64,000 nt of DNA. It comes from an uncultured Nitrospiraceae bacterium. GTDB taxonomy: Bacteria > Nitrospirota > Nitrospiria > Nitrospirales > Nitrospiraceae. A program made the position numbers and the translations under genes. The notes below the pieces were generated by a model. The model was not told the origin of the DNA. It saw nothing but the letters and a program-made list of their open reading frames with translations, and searched no databases. The stretch is taken from the NCBI GenBank assembly GCA_963846575.1, contig CAWJWJ010000001.1, forward strand, positions 928,001 through 992,000, in the 5' to 3' direction. This document shows, in pieces, positions 1 to 9,801 of this stretch (its first letter is position 1; the number at the start of each line of letters is the position of its first letter).

Positions 1-413
1 ATCGTATTGGTAGCCGACTGTTCCGGATGATTTCGTACGGCCTCTAAGTTCTGCCTTTCAGTCTCATCCGCGGGACCATTCTGAGGATTGATAGGCCATA
101 GACTCATCAGGCGGTAACGAACCTTGGATCCGGTCATGGTGGCAAGATCATTGGCTTCCCGAAGAAATTGGGCCGGCAAGGGCAGGGTTGCCTTGTCCTT
201 GCGCCAGGATTCTGAGGCCTGGGTGCCACCAAGTTTCCGCATCCGCTCTACGACATGGATGGTATAAAACGTGCGGTCGGCTTCAATGACGGCATGCAAA
301 TAGTCCGCAACTGTTTCCGGTGAGATTCCCGGCAGGTCGGCCGCCTCCGAAATCGCCGACAGTGTGCCGACCAATGCCAAGCATGTGGCAATCGAAGCTC
401 GCCTCGTTCTCAT
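1..413 (-). CDS. Secreted DUF3365/Tll0287-like protein (often c-type heme-binding); 3' end runs off the window
   Basis: Hand translation, absent from the ORF track: MRTRRASIATCLALVGTLSAISEAADLPGISPETVADYLHAVIEADRTFYTIHVVER...LPLPAQFLRE...YRLMSLWPINPQNGP. RBS AAGGAGG precedes the ATG. LPLPAQF and YRL.S.WPIN..N.P motifs typical of the family. Any CxxCH would lie outside the window. Confidence 0.75.
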   Translation of the reverse strand, partial: MRTRRASIATCLALVGTLSAISEAADLPGISPETVADYLHAVIEADRTFYTIHVVERMRKLGGTQASESWRKDKATLPLPAQFLREANDLATMTGSKVRYRLMSLWPINPQNGPADETERQNLEAVRNHPEQSATNT

Positions 414-457
414 GGCAATTCCTCCTTGTTGTGGCCTATGCCAACCGTTACCTCTCA

Positions 458-497
458 GCATAGTCGCAATTACAATGGGAGGCAATTGCGACTATGC
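458..497. promoter_or_regulatory. Perfect 14-bp inverted repeat in a divergent intergenic region
   Basis: GCATAGTCGCAATT (458-471), 12-nt spacer, AATTGCGACTATGC (484-497). Function inferred. Confidence 0.55.
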
Positions 498-540
498 CTC
501 GTTTGCATTTGGCAGGGGGGTCCCGTAGCGTAGCGGGGAT

Positions 541-1470
541 ATGAAGACTGACTTCGTCATTACGCCAGGTGAACAGTCCAAGCGTTTGGACGTGTTTCTT
601 GTTCAGCATGAGCCGAAACTTTCCCGTGCGGCATTGCAACGTATGATTTCGGCGGGGTGGATCCGGGTCAACGACCGGCTGGCCAAGGCGAGTCAGCGTA
701 TCAGAGCGGGCGACCACATAGTCTTGGATGCTCCACGGGCGGGGCCGCTCAAGATCGACGGACAGGTAAGGCGGCTAGACATCCTATTTGAGGACCAGGC
801 CTGTCTGGTCTTGAATAAACCCTCGGGAATTGTCGTCCACCCTGCACAGGGCCATTGGTCCAACACGTTGCTCAACGCGCTACTGGACCATTGTGCGCGC
901 CTGCCTCAGCCGGCTACGCCGGGGCTGGTGCATCGTTTGGATAAGGACACCTCCGGCGTGATGGTTGTCGCCAAGACCGCGGAAGCGCATCGCGCCCTGT
1001 CTGTCCAGTTCGAAGCCCATTCCATTACCCGGCAGTATGAGGCTCTGGTCTCAGGAGTTCCGGATTCACTGGCCGGTCGAATCGAACACCCGATTGGTCC
1101 GGATCGGCAAAACCCGCGACGCACGTCGACGCGGACTGTCCAGCCCAAGGCCGCCGTGACGGCATATGAAGTCAAAGAAACGTTCAACGGGATTGCTGCG
1201 CGGGTGTTGTTGTTTCCGCACACCGGACGCACGCATCAGATACGGACCCATCTTCAGGTGATGGGTCACCCCATACTCGGTGACGGAGCGTATGGAGGGG
1301 CGCGAGTCACGGCGATCGGCGCCCATCTGATTCCCCGAGTCATGCTGCATGCAGGGACATTGGGATTCACCCATCCGATCACTCGCGGATACTGCGAATT
1401 TACCGCCGGCGTTCCTCCCGATTTCGAGGCGGTCCGCTGCATACTCTCTCCGGAAGAGAAACAATCCTGA
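541..1470 (+). CDS. RluA/RluD-family pseudouridine synthase (paralogue 1)
   Basis: N-terminal S4 domain (RLDVFL...SRAALQRMI), NKPSGIVVHP, catalytic GLVHRLDKDTSG, TGRTHQIR, LHAGTLGFTHP. Confidence 0.95.
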   Translation: MKTDFVITPGEQSKRLDVFLVQHEPKLSRAALQRMISAGWIRVNDRLAKASQRIRAGDHIVLDAPRAGPLKIDGQVRRLDILFEDQACLVLNKPSGIVVHPAQGHWSNTLLNALLDHCARLPQPATPGLVHRLDKDTSGVMVVAKTAEAHRALSVQFEAHSITRQYEALVSGVPDSLAGRIEHPIGPDRQNPRRTSTRTVQPKAAVTAYEVKETFNGIAARVLLFPHTGRTHQIRTHLQVMGHPILGDGAYGGARVTAIGAHLIPRVMLHAGTLGFTHPITRGYCEFTAGVPPDFEAVRCILSPEEKQS

Positions 1471-1477
1471 CGGCGGC

Positions 1478-1960
1478 TTACAAGGAGAGTCCTGAGATGT
1501 GTCGATCGAGATACTGGCGTTGGATAAGAAAGTAGGGAATGCGTCCGAAGGTCAAATGGCAGCCGACCATATAGCGGCTAGGATTGGTCCCCGCCGGGAG
1601 GGCGGTCATCCAGCGCACCTCGAAGAGGGTGAGGTCACGCTGGCGCACTGCCGGGTTCCGCATCGCTACGAGCTGTCTGTCTTGGGGCTTACGATCCAGG
1701 AGAAGCAGAATGCCATCCGCGCTGAGGTTTAACGAATAGGCTTCGCCGGGAAAGTAGTGTGATTGTTGATCCAGGCCATCGACCAGTTCATAGGCACAGC
1801 GGGTTCTGATAGCGAATCGTGTATCGATACGACGATCGTGTTGGACAACTGGTGGTGGCTCCACGACTAGTCTGTCCACAGCCCTGGAGGGCGATATGGC
1901 TTGCGGCTCCGCGTTGCCGGTCAGCGATCTGAGGATTCTGTGGATAATGTCTGAGGCCAT
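1478..1960 (-). CDS. PilZ-domain protein
   Basis: DRRIDTR (RxxxR) and NLSADG (D/NxSxxG) motifs. Confidence 0.7.
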   Translation of the reverse strand: MASDIIHRILRSLTGNAEPQAISPSRAVDRLVVEPPPVVQHDRRIDTRFAIRTRCAYELVDGLDQQSHYFPGEAYSLNLSADGILLLLDRKPQDRQLVAMRNPAVRQRDLTLFEVRWMTALPAGTNPSRYMVGCHLTFGRIPYFLIQRQYLDRHISGLSL

Positions 1961-2011
1961 GTCGTGATCAAAAAATTGAGATTGTACGAAACGAAACCCT
2001 CTAGATAAGAA

Positions 2012-2027
2012 AGCAATTCGAATGCCT
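2012..2027 (-). promoter_or_regulatory. Candidate sigma-54 (-24/-12) promoter for the PilZ gene
   Basis: Minus strand reads AGGCATTCGAATTGCT: GG-N10-GC spacing, close to TGGCAC-N5-TTGCW, about 50 nt upstream of the ATG. Confidence 0.55.
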
Positions 2028-2341
2028 GTACGAAACCGGGAATGGATCTACCTAAGGGTATGATTTTCACGGCGGTGAGATTTTCATAGGGCCCTCGCCA
2101 GATTGCCATGCGCAGAATCGTCGTGTGAAATACGTCGCATGTTTGACGGAAATGAACGGATCGGCCGAGGAGCGTCGGAGCAATAGGATGATTCCCGCTG
2201 CGTGATCATATGTGGATGGCCTGTGGATGACGTGGGGGTGACATGTGCAGATCCCGTTGTGATGCGCAGCAACTTGTTTTTGCGCTGCCCCCTATGGCAG
2301 CTTACACGGATACATGACGACATTTTTTAAGCGATCACCAC

Positions 2342-3340
2342 GTGCATAGAGTGACCACGACGCCGGTCGAGTTTGTGATCACGGCGGGAGAATCGGCGAA
2401 GCGGATCGATCGGTTTCTTGCCAACCGCGACCCCACCTTTTCCCGCTCGGCACTGCAGCGCATGATCGGAGAGGGCTGCATCCAGATTAACGGCCGGACG
2501 GTCCGGCCGAGCCAAAAAATCAAACCGGGCGACCGGATTAGGCTGGAGGTCCCACGCCCTGAACCGCTCGATCTCACACCTGAAGCGATTCCGTTCGAGA
2601 TCCTTCACGAAGATCAAGATCTCCTGGTGCTCGATAAGCCGGCCGGGCTCGTGGTTCATCCCGCGCCCGGTAATTGGTCGGGAACGCTGGTCAATGCATT
2701 GTTGCATCACTTCGCGACTGCCGGCGTCACGCCGTCGCACATCGGAGGCAAGGAACGCCCCGGCCTCGTCCATCGATTGGACAAGGAAACCTCCGGTGTG
2801 ATGGTCATCGCCAAGACGGACCAGGCCCATCGGGCCCTCGCAGCCCAATTTAAGTTGCATACGATCACACGGGTCTACGAAGCCCTGGTGTGGGGCGTGC
2901 CCAAAAAGGGACATGGTCTCATAGAGCTAGCGATAGGACGCGATACGAAGGAACGGAAGAAGTTCTCGCCACGGACGACCAAGCCAAAGGCATCCGCGAC
3001 CGATTATCAGATCGAGCAGCGGTACGGAAAGCTCGCGGCCCGGGTCAAGCTCTCCCCGAGGACTGGACGGACACACCAACTGCGGGTCCATCTGACTTCC
3101 ATCGAGCATCCTATCCTGGGAGACAAGACCTATGGGGGCGGCAAAGTCATGAGCGTCGAGGGAGTGCCGATTCCGCGCGTGATGTTGCACGCGCGCGTAC
3201 TGGGATTCACGCACCCCACCGGGGGAAAGTTCCATGAGTTTGACGTTCCTTGTCCCCCTGATATGCAATTGGTGCAGGAGCTTCTTTCGGGAGCCACCGC
3301 CCGTGAGCGGGGACCGGGACCCGGGCGCGAACGTCAGTGA
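2342..3340 (+). CDS. rluD: RluA/RluD-family pseudouridine synthase (paralogue 2, RluD-like)
   Basis: S4 domain, DKPAGLVVHPAPGN, RPGLVHRLDKETSG, TGRTHQLRVH, HPILGD. Confidence 0.9.
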   Translation: MHRVTTTPVEFVITAGESAKRIDRFLANRDPTFSRSALQRMIGEGCIQINGRTVRPSQKIKPGDRIRLEVPRPEPLDLTPEAIPFEILHEDQDLLVLDKPAGLVVHPAPGNWSGTLVNALLHHFATAGVTPSHIGGKERPGLVHRLDKETSGVMVIAKTDQAHRALAAQFKLHTITRVYEALVWGVPKKGHGLIELAIGRDTKERKKFSPRTTKPKASATDYQIEQRYGKLAARVKLSPRTGRTHQLRVHLTSIEHPILGDKTYGGGKVMSVEGVPIPRVMLHARVLGFTHPTGGKFHEFDVPCPPDMQLVQELLSGATARERGPGPGRERQ

Positions 3341-3807
3341 TGCAGATGCCGAACGTCAGTGTCGGCGACAGTGAGGAAAAGATTATGGAGACCAATGCCG
3401 TGTTAGACCTGATGGGCGAGTTGCTCGCACAGCTCAAAGGCTATGCCTCCAAGCTGCCGGCGGTCGTCCATCTCGCTTCAGTCCCGAGCGGGATCAAGCC
3501 AAAACCAGAAGCCGTGGAAGTGTTCGAGCAAGCACTGTCACGATTCCGGGAGCAAAGTGCCCGGTCTCGATTCAAAGGTCTACAGGACTATCTCATGGAA
3601 TCTTTGGAAGCGTTTGAAGTCGGCAATGTGCTGGGTACTGTCCAGCCCCTCCTGGCTGTCCTGGACCAGGTGGATCGTATGCAGGGGGATAAGGACATCA
3701 AGATGAGCCCGGCGGAAGCGAAGCGGATGGAAGAGTATCGCGGGGCGCTCATCAAAATCTTGCCCGGCAGTCAACCGGAGTTGGAAGGGGCCGGTCGCGG
3801 GATGTAA
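3337..3807 (+). CDS. Hypothetical helical protein
   Basis: 156-aa ORF with a 4-nt overlap (GTGA) on the upstream stop; protein-like composition. Confidence 0.7.
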   Translation: MMQMPNVSVGDSEEKIMETNAVLDLMGELLAQLKGYASKLPAVVHLASVPSGIKPKPEAVEVFEQALSRFREQSARSRFKGLQDYLMESLEAFEVGNVLGTVQPLLAVLDQVDRMQGDKDIKMSPAEAKRMEEYRGALIKILPGSQPELEGAGRGM

Positions 3808-3808
3808 G

Positions 3809-3988
3809 TCAGTGTCCCATTTTAGGACCCGTGGCGTTGGCGCCCGCGGTGACCAGCTGAAAGCGGACCGCCGATCCGCAATGAGGACATTTGGCACGAA
3901 CCGTTTCTTCGTCGATGACCTCATAGTTGTCTTGCTTGAGCCACATCAATTGAAAGCACTTCGGACAGCTTCGCACTTGCGTTCCCAT
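3809..3988 (-). CDS. Small zinc-ribbon-like protein (59 aa)
   Basis: Hand translation MGTQVRSCPKCFQLMWLKQDNYEVIDEETVRAKCPHCGSAVRFQLVTAGANATGPKMGH; two CxxC pairs; AAGGGG RBS. Below the ORF-track cut-off. Confidence 0.75.
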   Translation of the reverse strand: MGTQVRSCPKCFQLMWLKQDNYEVIDEETVRAKCPHCGSAVRFQLVTAGANATGPKMGH

Positions 3989-4054
3989 GGTCTTCCCCTT
4001 ACACTACGGTTTGGCTGACTTTCCCACGATTTGGAGGGATTAATTTAGTACAAG

Positions 4055-4495
4055 ATGCCTCCCGCTCTCAATACCGACGAACAGTCGATCACGTTTTCCG
4101 ACCGCAACGACCTTGACGCTGCACAACTCCTTTCTTTATACCGCCAGGCTCCTTGGGCTAAACATCGGGATCTGGTGCAGACGCAGGCCATGCTGACCAA
4201 GACCGACGTGGTTATCTCGGCCTGGGACGGCCCGCGCCTCGTGGCCTTTGGCCGCGTGTTGACGGATTACGTCTACCGGGCCACGATTTGGGACGTGATC
4301 GTCGATCGCCACTATCAAAAGCGCAAAATAGGGACGGAGATCGTGCGACGGATTCTAAACCATCCCACCCTCCAACAGGTGGAACTATTTTGGTTGTGCA
4401 CGCGTATGCCAGGCTTTTACGAACGGCTGGGATTTAGCGCGAAAGAACAAACCGGCATGGTCTGGGATCGAAAGAAGGCTACGCTTCCCCGCTGA
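4055..4495 (+). CDS. GNAT-family N-acetyltransferase
   Basis: IWDVIVDRHYQKRKIG acetyl-CoA-binding motif and FYERLGF. Confidence 0.9.
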   Translation: MPPALNTDEQSITFSDRNDLDAAQLLSLYRQAPWAKHRDLVQTQAMLTKTDVVISAWDGPRLVAFGRVLTDYVYRATIWDVIVDRHYQKRKIGTEIVRRILNHPTLQQVELFWLCTRMPGFYERLGFSAKEQTGMVWDRKKATLPR

Positions 4496-4648
4496 TAGTG
4501 TCTTCTACCCCTCTCTTCTCCCAACTTCTGCTTGTCACCTGTCAATTCGGAACGATCAGGCTCCTGCGACCCTGGGTCAGGCACGCCTATCCTCCAACCG
4601 AAAGCACCGTCATCCCGTTCGCATCGCGCCTGTCGCACAGTGGTTCTG

Positions 4649-5470
4649 TTACTGCGCCTGAATGCGGTGTAGGCGCTTGGGTGAACAACAGACCGCAAGA
4701 AAGAACAGGCTGGTGGCCAGCAAGACGATGGACGGGCCGGAGGGCAGGTCGAACGCATAGGACAGGAGCACCCCGCTCACCGCACAGAAGATCCCGATCA
4801 GCATGGAGTACAACGTCATCTGGGTCAGGCTGTGGGTGAGTTGATAGGCGGTGGAAGCCGGAATCAGAATCATCGCGAAGACCAGAATCGCTCCCACGGT
4901 CTTGAGTGAAATCACCACGGTGAGCGCCACGAGGGTCAGGAGAAGATAGAAGATCTGCCGCGCGGGGACGCCGGACGCGGCTGCCATTTCCTGGTCGAAC
5001 GCAATGAAATAGAGTTCCTTGGAGAGGAGAAGGATGGTGCCCAGTACCACCACGCTCAATCCTCCGATAGTGAGCAGTTCTTCCGGGGTCACTGACAGCA
5101 CGCTCCCGAATAAGTACCCATACACCTCCGGATTATAACTCTTCATCAGGCCGAGAAAAAGGATAGCCAGCGCCATTGTGGCGGTATAAAGGATACCGAT
5201 GGAGACATCCAGCTTCATGCGGCCCTTTTCTTCGACCCAGCCGGTAATCCATACGGTGGCCAGGCCGAACACGATCGCGAGGCTGAGGGGCGGAAGGCCG
5301 ACCAGATAGGCCAAGGTGACGCCTGCAAACGCAGCATGAGCCGTCCCGGCTCCCGCGAAGGCCAGGCCACGGAGAACGACGAACACTCCGATGACCGAGC
5401 AGACCGCACCCACCAGCGCAGCCGCCAGGAGCGAGCGTTGCATGAAATCGTAAGCAAAGAGTTCTAACAT
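4649..5470 (-). CDS. znuB: Zn/Mn ABC transporter permease (ZnuB-like)
   Basis: Polytopic membrane protein with AHAAFAG, YLFGSVL, FDQEMAAASG, DLPSGPSIVL. Confidence 0.9.
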   Translation of the reverse strand: MLELFAYDFMQRSLLAAALVGAVCSVIGVFVVLRGLAFAGAGTAHAAFAGVTLAYLVGLPPLSLAIVFGLATVWITGWVEEKGRMKLDVSIGILYTATMALAILFLGLMKSYNPEVYGYLFGSVLSVTPEELLTIGGLSVVVLGTILLLSKELYFIAFDQEMAAASGVPARQIFYLLLTLVALTVVISLKTVGAILVFAMILIPASTAYQLTHSLTQMTLYSMLIGIFCAVSGVLLSYAFDLPSGPSIVLLATSLFFLAVCCSPKRLHRIQAQ

Positions 5471-5573
5471 GGTGTCATTGGCTTAATTGATGTGTGAGTG
5501 AGAATATGGACCGGCGAACAGATCCGCGTATCGGTGGGGCGTCTCAGATCTGGTGCCTCATGCATTCGACTGT

Positions 5574-6353
5574 TCAATGGTGATGGTAATCCTCGACGAT
5601 GACGAAATCGTTGTCTGTGATGACCAGCTCTTTCCCGTAAACCTGGCTCAAAATTTCCGGTTTCAGGACATCTTGCGGAGGTCCGGCGGCGAAGAGTTTC
5701 GTTTTCAGCAGGACCAGTCGATCCACACGCGAGCGAATCATGTTGATGTCATGCGTGATCATCAGAATCGTGAGCCTCAACTCACGATGCAGTTGTTGGA
5801 TCAATTCCACGACGCTGTGTTGTGCGGTGAGGTCCAACCCGGTGGTTGGCTCGTCAAGAAGCAGAATCCTGGGCTGCTGAGCCAGTGCCCGCGCAATGAA
5901 CACGCGTTGCTGTTGTCCGCCGGACAACGCCCCCAATGCAGAGTCCCGGTGGTGATCCATCCCGACCTGGGCGAGCGCCTGACGGGCGATGTCTCCATCC
6001 CTGCGGGATGGCCGTCTGAACAGGCCGAGGGCGCCATACCGTCCCATCATGACCGCTTCCAGAACGGTAACGGGGAAGTTGCGATCGAGCATACCCTTTT
6101 GAGGCAGGTACCCGATCAGCGCACGATGATGGCAACGGAGTTCCTCGCAGGCGCAATCGAGGACACGGAGCGTACCTCGCAGAGGTGCCATCAGGCCGAG
6201 CACAGCCCGACACAAGGTAGTCTTGCCGGAGCCATTGGGACCGATCACGCCGACGAATTCCGACTCCGGAATACTCAACGACAGGTCTTCCAGGGCGATG
6301 ACGCCAGGAAAACCGAAGGTCGCGTGGTCGAAGCGGATAATGGGGTGGGTCAT
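5574..6353 (-). CDS. znuC: Zn/Mn ABC transporter ATP-binding protein (ZnuC-like)
   Basis: GPNGSGKT, LSGGQQQRV, LLLDEPT; His-rich C-terminus. Confidence 0.9.
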   Translation of the reverse strand: MTHPIIRFDHATFGFPGVIALEDLSLSIPESEFVGVIGPNGSGKTTLCRAVLGLMAPLRGTLRVLDCACEELRCHHRALIGYLPQKGMLDRNFPVTVLEAVMMGRYGALGLFRRPSRRDGDIARQALAQVGMDHHRDSALGALSGGQQQRVFIARALAQQPRILLLDEPTTGLDLTAQHSVVELIQQLHRELRLTILMITHDINMIRSRVDRLVLLKTKLFAAGPPQDVLKPEILSQVYGKELVITDNDFVIVEDYHHH

Positions 6354-6409
6354 GCGCAGCGGCGTTCGTTGAAGGTGCTGGTTCGGTCGTTGTTCGGCGG
6401 AGATGTCGG

Positions 6410-7375
6410 TTACGCTCGTTCGAGGGCCTGCGCCAATTGGAGCACATTATAACGGAGCATGTCGAGGTAGGTCTCCGTGCCGGGGAGGCCTCCGGGCAGG
6501 GTGGTTAGAACCACAATGCGGGCGTTGGTTTCCCGCGAGAGTAACTGCGGGACTTTTTGGTTCAGTTGCACCTCCGAGACAATGACGCGGACATGCTCCC
6601 GCTTGATGGTTTCGATCAACGTATGAAGATGGCGGGCTGAGGGTTCTCCCCCGGGCTGCGTCAGAATCGTTCCCGCCACCTGGATGTTGTACCGTCGGGC
6701 AAAATAGGGCCAGGCAGGGTGATGGACGATGACGGTCCGGGTCGGAACCTTTTGGAGCCGCGCCAGAGATTCCTGGTGCGCAAGGGTCAGTGCCTGGAGA
6801 TAGGCCGCCGTATTCTCTCGGTAGGTCTGCGCATGGACAGGATCCGCCCTGGTCATGGCATCGGAGATATGTTGCACCATCGTCGCGGCGGCTTCGGGGT
6901 CCAACCACACATGGGGATTGCCGGTCCCGTGATCATGGTGACCTGCTTGTGTAGCTGAATGAGCCGGACCATCCTGGAGTAGCGTGATCCCGTCGGAGGT
7001 GGTCACCACCTGTAACGTGGCGTTTCCCGCATTCTTGACGAGCGAAGAGACCCAGACTTCTAATCCGGCGCCGACTTCCAGCAGCAGCGTGGCTTTCCGC
7101 ACCGCAACCAGATCGCTGGGTTTGGGAGAATACGTGTGCTCACTCTCATACCCGGTCATGAGCGAGGTCACATGGACATGTGATCCACCGATCTGCTGGG
7201 CCCAGTCTTTGAGGACCGGGATCGTCACCACCACATTGAGTGGCTCGGGCGCCGCAGCTCCCAGGGCGGAGGAGGGGAGGATGCTGTGAAATGGTTCCGC
7301 AGCGAGCGTGAGAAGGGCGAGCAAAAGCAGGCGCAACATCCGGCGGACGGTAACACTCGATATACCCAAAGTCAA
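6410..7375 (-). CDS. znuA: Zn/Mn ABC transporter substrate-binding protein (ZnuA/TroA-like)
   Basis: Signal peptide, SEHTYSP, His-rich loop HHDHG, NPHVWLDP, HPAWPYF. Exact start uncertain. Confidence 0.9.
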   Translation of the reverse strand: MTLGISSVTVRRMLRLLLLALLTLAAEPFHSILPSSALGAAAPEPLNVVVTIPVLKDWAQQIGGSHVHVTSLMTGYESEHTYSPKPSDLVAVRKATLLLEVGAGLEVWVSSLVKNAGNATLQVVTTSDGITLLQDGPAHSATQAGHHDHGTGNPHVWLDPEAAATMVQHISDAMTRADPVHAQTYRENTAAYLQALTLAHQESLARLQKVPTRTVIVHHPAWPYFARRYNIQVAGTILTQPGGEPSARHLHTLIETIKREHVRVIVSEVQLNQKVPQLLSRETNARIVVLTTLPGGLPGTETYLDMLRYNVLQLAQALERA

Positions 7376-7502
7376 CGCGAGGATTGAGGCAGCAGCACCC
7401 GCCGTCGGCCGTCGGCGCTTGACCGATTACCGAGGTTTCGATTAGCGTAGCGCACCCGGGATAGGACAGCGATCGGTTCCGGCGCAAAGGGGAGAGCACT
7501 GA

Positions 7503-8687
7503 ATGAAGATTGTCGGCTTGATGTCCGGCACATCGGCGGACGCGGTAGACGCGGCGCTCGTCAGCATCGTGCGAGGCAGTCGAACTCCGCGGATTAAGGC
7601 CCTGGCCTTCGCGTCACTGCCGTATCCTCGGTCTCTGCAACAGAGGATTGTGGAGCTCTCGCTCCACGGCGATGTGGCCGAGGTCTGTCACATGAATATG
7701 TATCTGGGCGAACTGTTCGCGAAAGCGGCCCTTCGCGTGATCCGGAAAGCGAACTATCTACCGACCGATATCGAGCTAATCGGGTCTCACGGACAGACGA
7801 TACATCATTTGCCGAAGGGGGTTCGTGAGCCGGGAGTCGGGCTGGTGCGGTCGACATTGCAGATCGGCGAGCCTAGCGTGATTGCCGAGCGAACCGGCAT
7901 TACAACAGTCGCCAACTTCAGGCCGCGCGATATGGCGGCAGGTGGCGAAGGTGCTCCACTGGTTCCCTATGCCCATGCGACTGCATTCGGTCATGCACGG
8001 CGCGGCCGCCTGGTGGTGAACATCGGGGGGATCAGCAATGTGACGTACCTCCCCCCTGGGGGCGGGGTTCGAGACCTTCAGGCCTTTGACACAGGTCCCG
8101 GCAACATGGTGATGGATGCGGTCGTGGGGGAAGCGACCAAGGGTCAGCGTCGCTACGATGCCGGGGGGCGGCTGGCGCTGCGAGGAACCGTCCGGCAGTC
8201 GCTACTGGCTGAACTGATGGCCCATCCGTTTTTGGCGCGACGGCCCCCCAAGTCTACCGGTCGCGAGGAATTCGGAGGACCCTATGTCCGAGCCCTGTTG
8301 GCGAAACAACGTAAAGCAGGTCTCTCTACCGAGGACCTGCTGGCAACCTGCGCTGCCTGGACGGCGGAAGCAATCGGCTCATCGCGACGGTGGGTAACCG
8401 GTGATATCGATGAGGTCATCGTCGGTGGCGGCGGTGTGTACAATCGCGCAGTCATGCGCAGTCTTCGTCAGGTGTTCACACCCGTGCCGGTGTCGACCTT
8501 TGACGACTGTGGATGGAGCAGCAAAGCGTTTGAAGCCACTGCCTTTGCGCTCTTGGCCTTTGATACCTATCAAGGACGTTGCACCAACGTGCCGCAGGTC
8601 ACGGGTGCCCGCCACCCGGTTTGTTTGGGGACGCTGGTGCCGGGTCGCGCCGCCTCTCAGGTGAACTGGCCTCGCGTCGTCGGCTGA
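7503..8687 (+). CDS. anmK: Anhydro-N-acetylmuramic acid kinase
   Basis: GLMSGTSAD, GSHGQT, GGEGAPL, NIGGISN, FDTGPGN, PPKSTGRE. Confidence 0.95.
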   Translation: MKIVGLMSGTSADAVDAALVSIVRGSRTPRIKALAFASLPYPRSLQQRIVELSLHGDVAEVCHMNMYLGELFAKAALRVIRKANYLPTDIELIGSHGQTIHHLPKGVREPGVGLVRSTLQIGEPSVIAERTGITTVANFRPRDMAAGGEGAPLVPYAHATAFGHARRGRLVVNIGGISNVTYLPPGGGVRDLQAFDTGPGNMVMDAVVGEATKGQRRYDAGGRLALRGTVRQSLLAELMAHPFLARRPPKSTGREEFGGPYVRALLAKQRKAGLSTEDLLATCAAWTAEAIGSSRRWVTGDIDEVIVGGGGVYNRAVMRSLRQVFTPVPVSTFDDCGWSSKAFEATAFALLAFDTYQGRCTNVPQVTGARHPVCLGTLVPGRAASQVNWPRVVG

Positions 8688-8702
8688 CCTGATCGGCTTG
8701 AT

Positions 8703-9221
8703 ATGGAACTACTCTATCCTATCCTCGGTATCGCCGCGCTGGTCTTTCTGGGCAGCTTAGCCTGGGAAAGTTTTGGGCGAAGGCGTCAGTCGGCTTCCGT
8801 ATCCGACGATCCTTCCGCCGGCATGACGTTCGTCGTGAAACCTGTGCTGACCGACCAGGAAGCGACGCTGTATAACCTGCTGCGGCTGGCTGTTGAGGAT
8901 CGCTACCTGTTGTTTACGCAGATTCCGCTGTGGACGCTGTTGGATGTGCGGCTTCCTTCCGGGACACCCCCTGTCGAGACCTTGCGTGAGCTGGCCTTGA
9001 AACGTGCGACCTTTGTCCTGGTGCATCCCGGCAGCCGGCTGGTTGAAAAAGTGGTGCAAGTAGATCCCCCGGTACCGGATAGTCTGCTTGATGGATCACA
9101 GGACAGGATGTTCGAGTCGGCGTTCCGTGCTGCGGGTGTCCAAATCGTTCGTCTGAGTCCGTTCCACGCCTATACCGTTCCGGGGCTCGTGACCGTGTTG
9201 GATCTGGCCGAGCCGGAGTGA
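8703..9221 (+). CDS. DUF2726-like membrane-anchored protein
   Basis: N-terminal TM, then KPVLTDQE..LY..L, FTQIPL, FVLV and C-terminal AAGVQIVR pattern. Confidence 0.7.
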   Translation: MELLYPILGIAALVFLGSLAWESFGRRRQSASVSDDPSAGMTFVVKPVLTDQEATLYNLLRLAVEDRYLLFTQIPLWTLLDVRLPSGTPPVETLRELALKRATFVLVHPGSRLVEKVVQVDPPVPDSLLDGSQDRMFESAFRAAGVQIVRLSPFHAYTVPGLVTVLDLAEPE

Positions 9222-9276
9222 TTCCGGACCTCCGCAATGGGACAGCGGCGTTCTTGCGTGAGACCGATGGTGGTGC

Positions 9277-9801
9277 TTAATTAAACGGCTCGGCAGCCAA
9301 GGGTTCGCTTTTGGCGGCGGCAGTTTCCAGAGCCTTGCGGGCCACCTCGGCTTCCACACTGTCGGGATATTGGTCCGTGACGCGTGCGTACATCATCTGG
9401 GCTTTTTCGTGTTCGCCTTGCCTTGTATAAATCTGCCCGATTTTAAGAGTCGAAGCGGCGAGCTTTTGGCTCAATGGATAATAGGAGATGACGTTGTAAA
9501 ACGACCCCAGGGCATCTGTGAAATGCCCCATGCGGTACTGACATTCCCCCATCCAATATTGGGCATTGGCTGAGAGGGCCGACTGGCCGTGCAGTGCTAG
9601 AAAAAACCTGAATCCAGCAAGGGCGGCGTTGTAATCTTTGTGCCGGAACTCCTCCATTACCCGGTCGTATAGACGCCGGGACGCATCAGGCGGCTGAGTG
9701 GCCGCGGCAAACAGATGGGGAACGATCCCGAGATGACCAAGCAATGCGAGTATCACTAGAATCTGTCGTAACAAACCGGAATTGATATGAACCATCGTCA
9801 T
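9277..9801 (-). CDS. YbgF/CpoB-like TPR protein
   Basis: Signal peptide; LSANAQYWMGE, LKIGQIY and YPDS..A..A motifs; no N-terminal coiled coil. Confidence 0.75.
   Translation of the reverse strand: MTMVHINSGLLRQILVILALLGHLGIVPHLFAAATQPPDASRRLYDRVMEEFRHKDYNAALAGFRFFLALHGQSALSANAQYWMGECQYRMGHFTDALGSFYNVISYYPLSQKLAASTLKIGQIYTRQGEHEKAQMMYARVTDQYPDSVEAEVARKALETAAAKSEPLAAEPFN

Noticed and set aside
7376..7502. Zur/Fur box upstream of the metal ABC operon
   Set aside because: No AT-rich palindrome resembling these boxes is visible.
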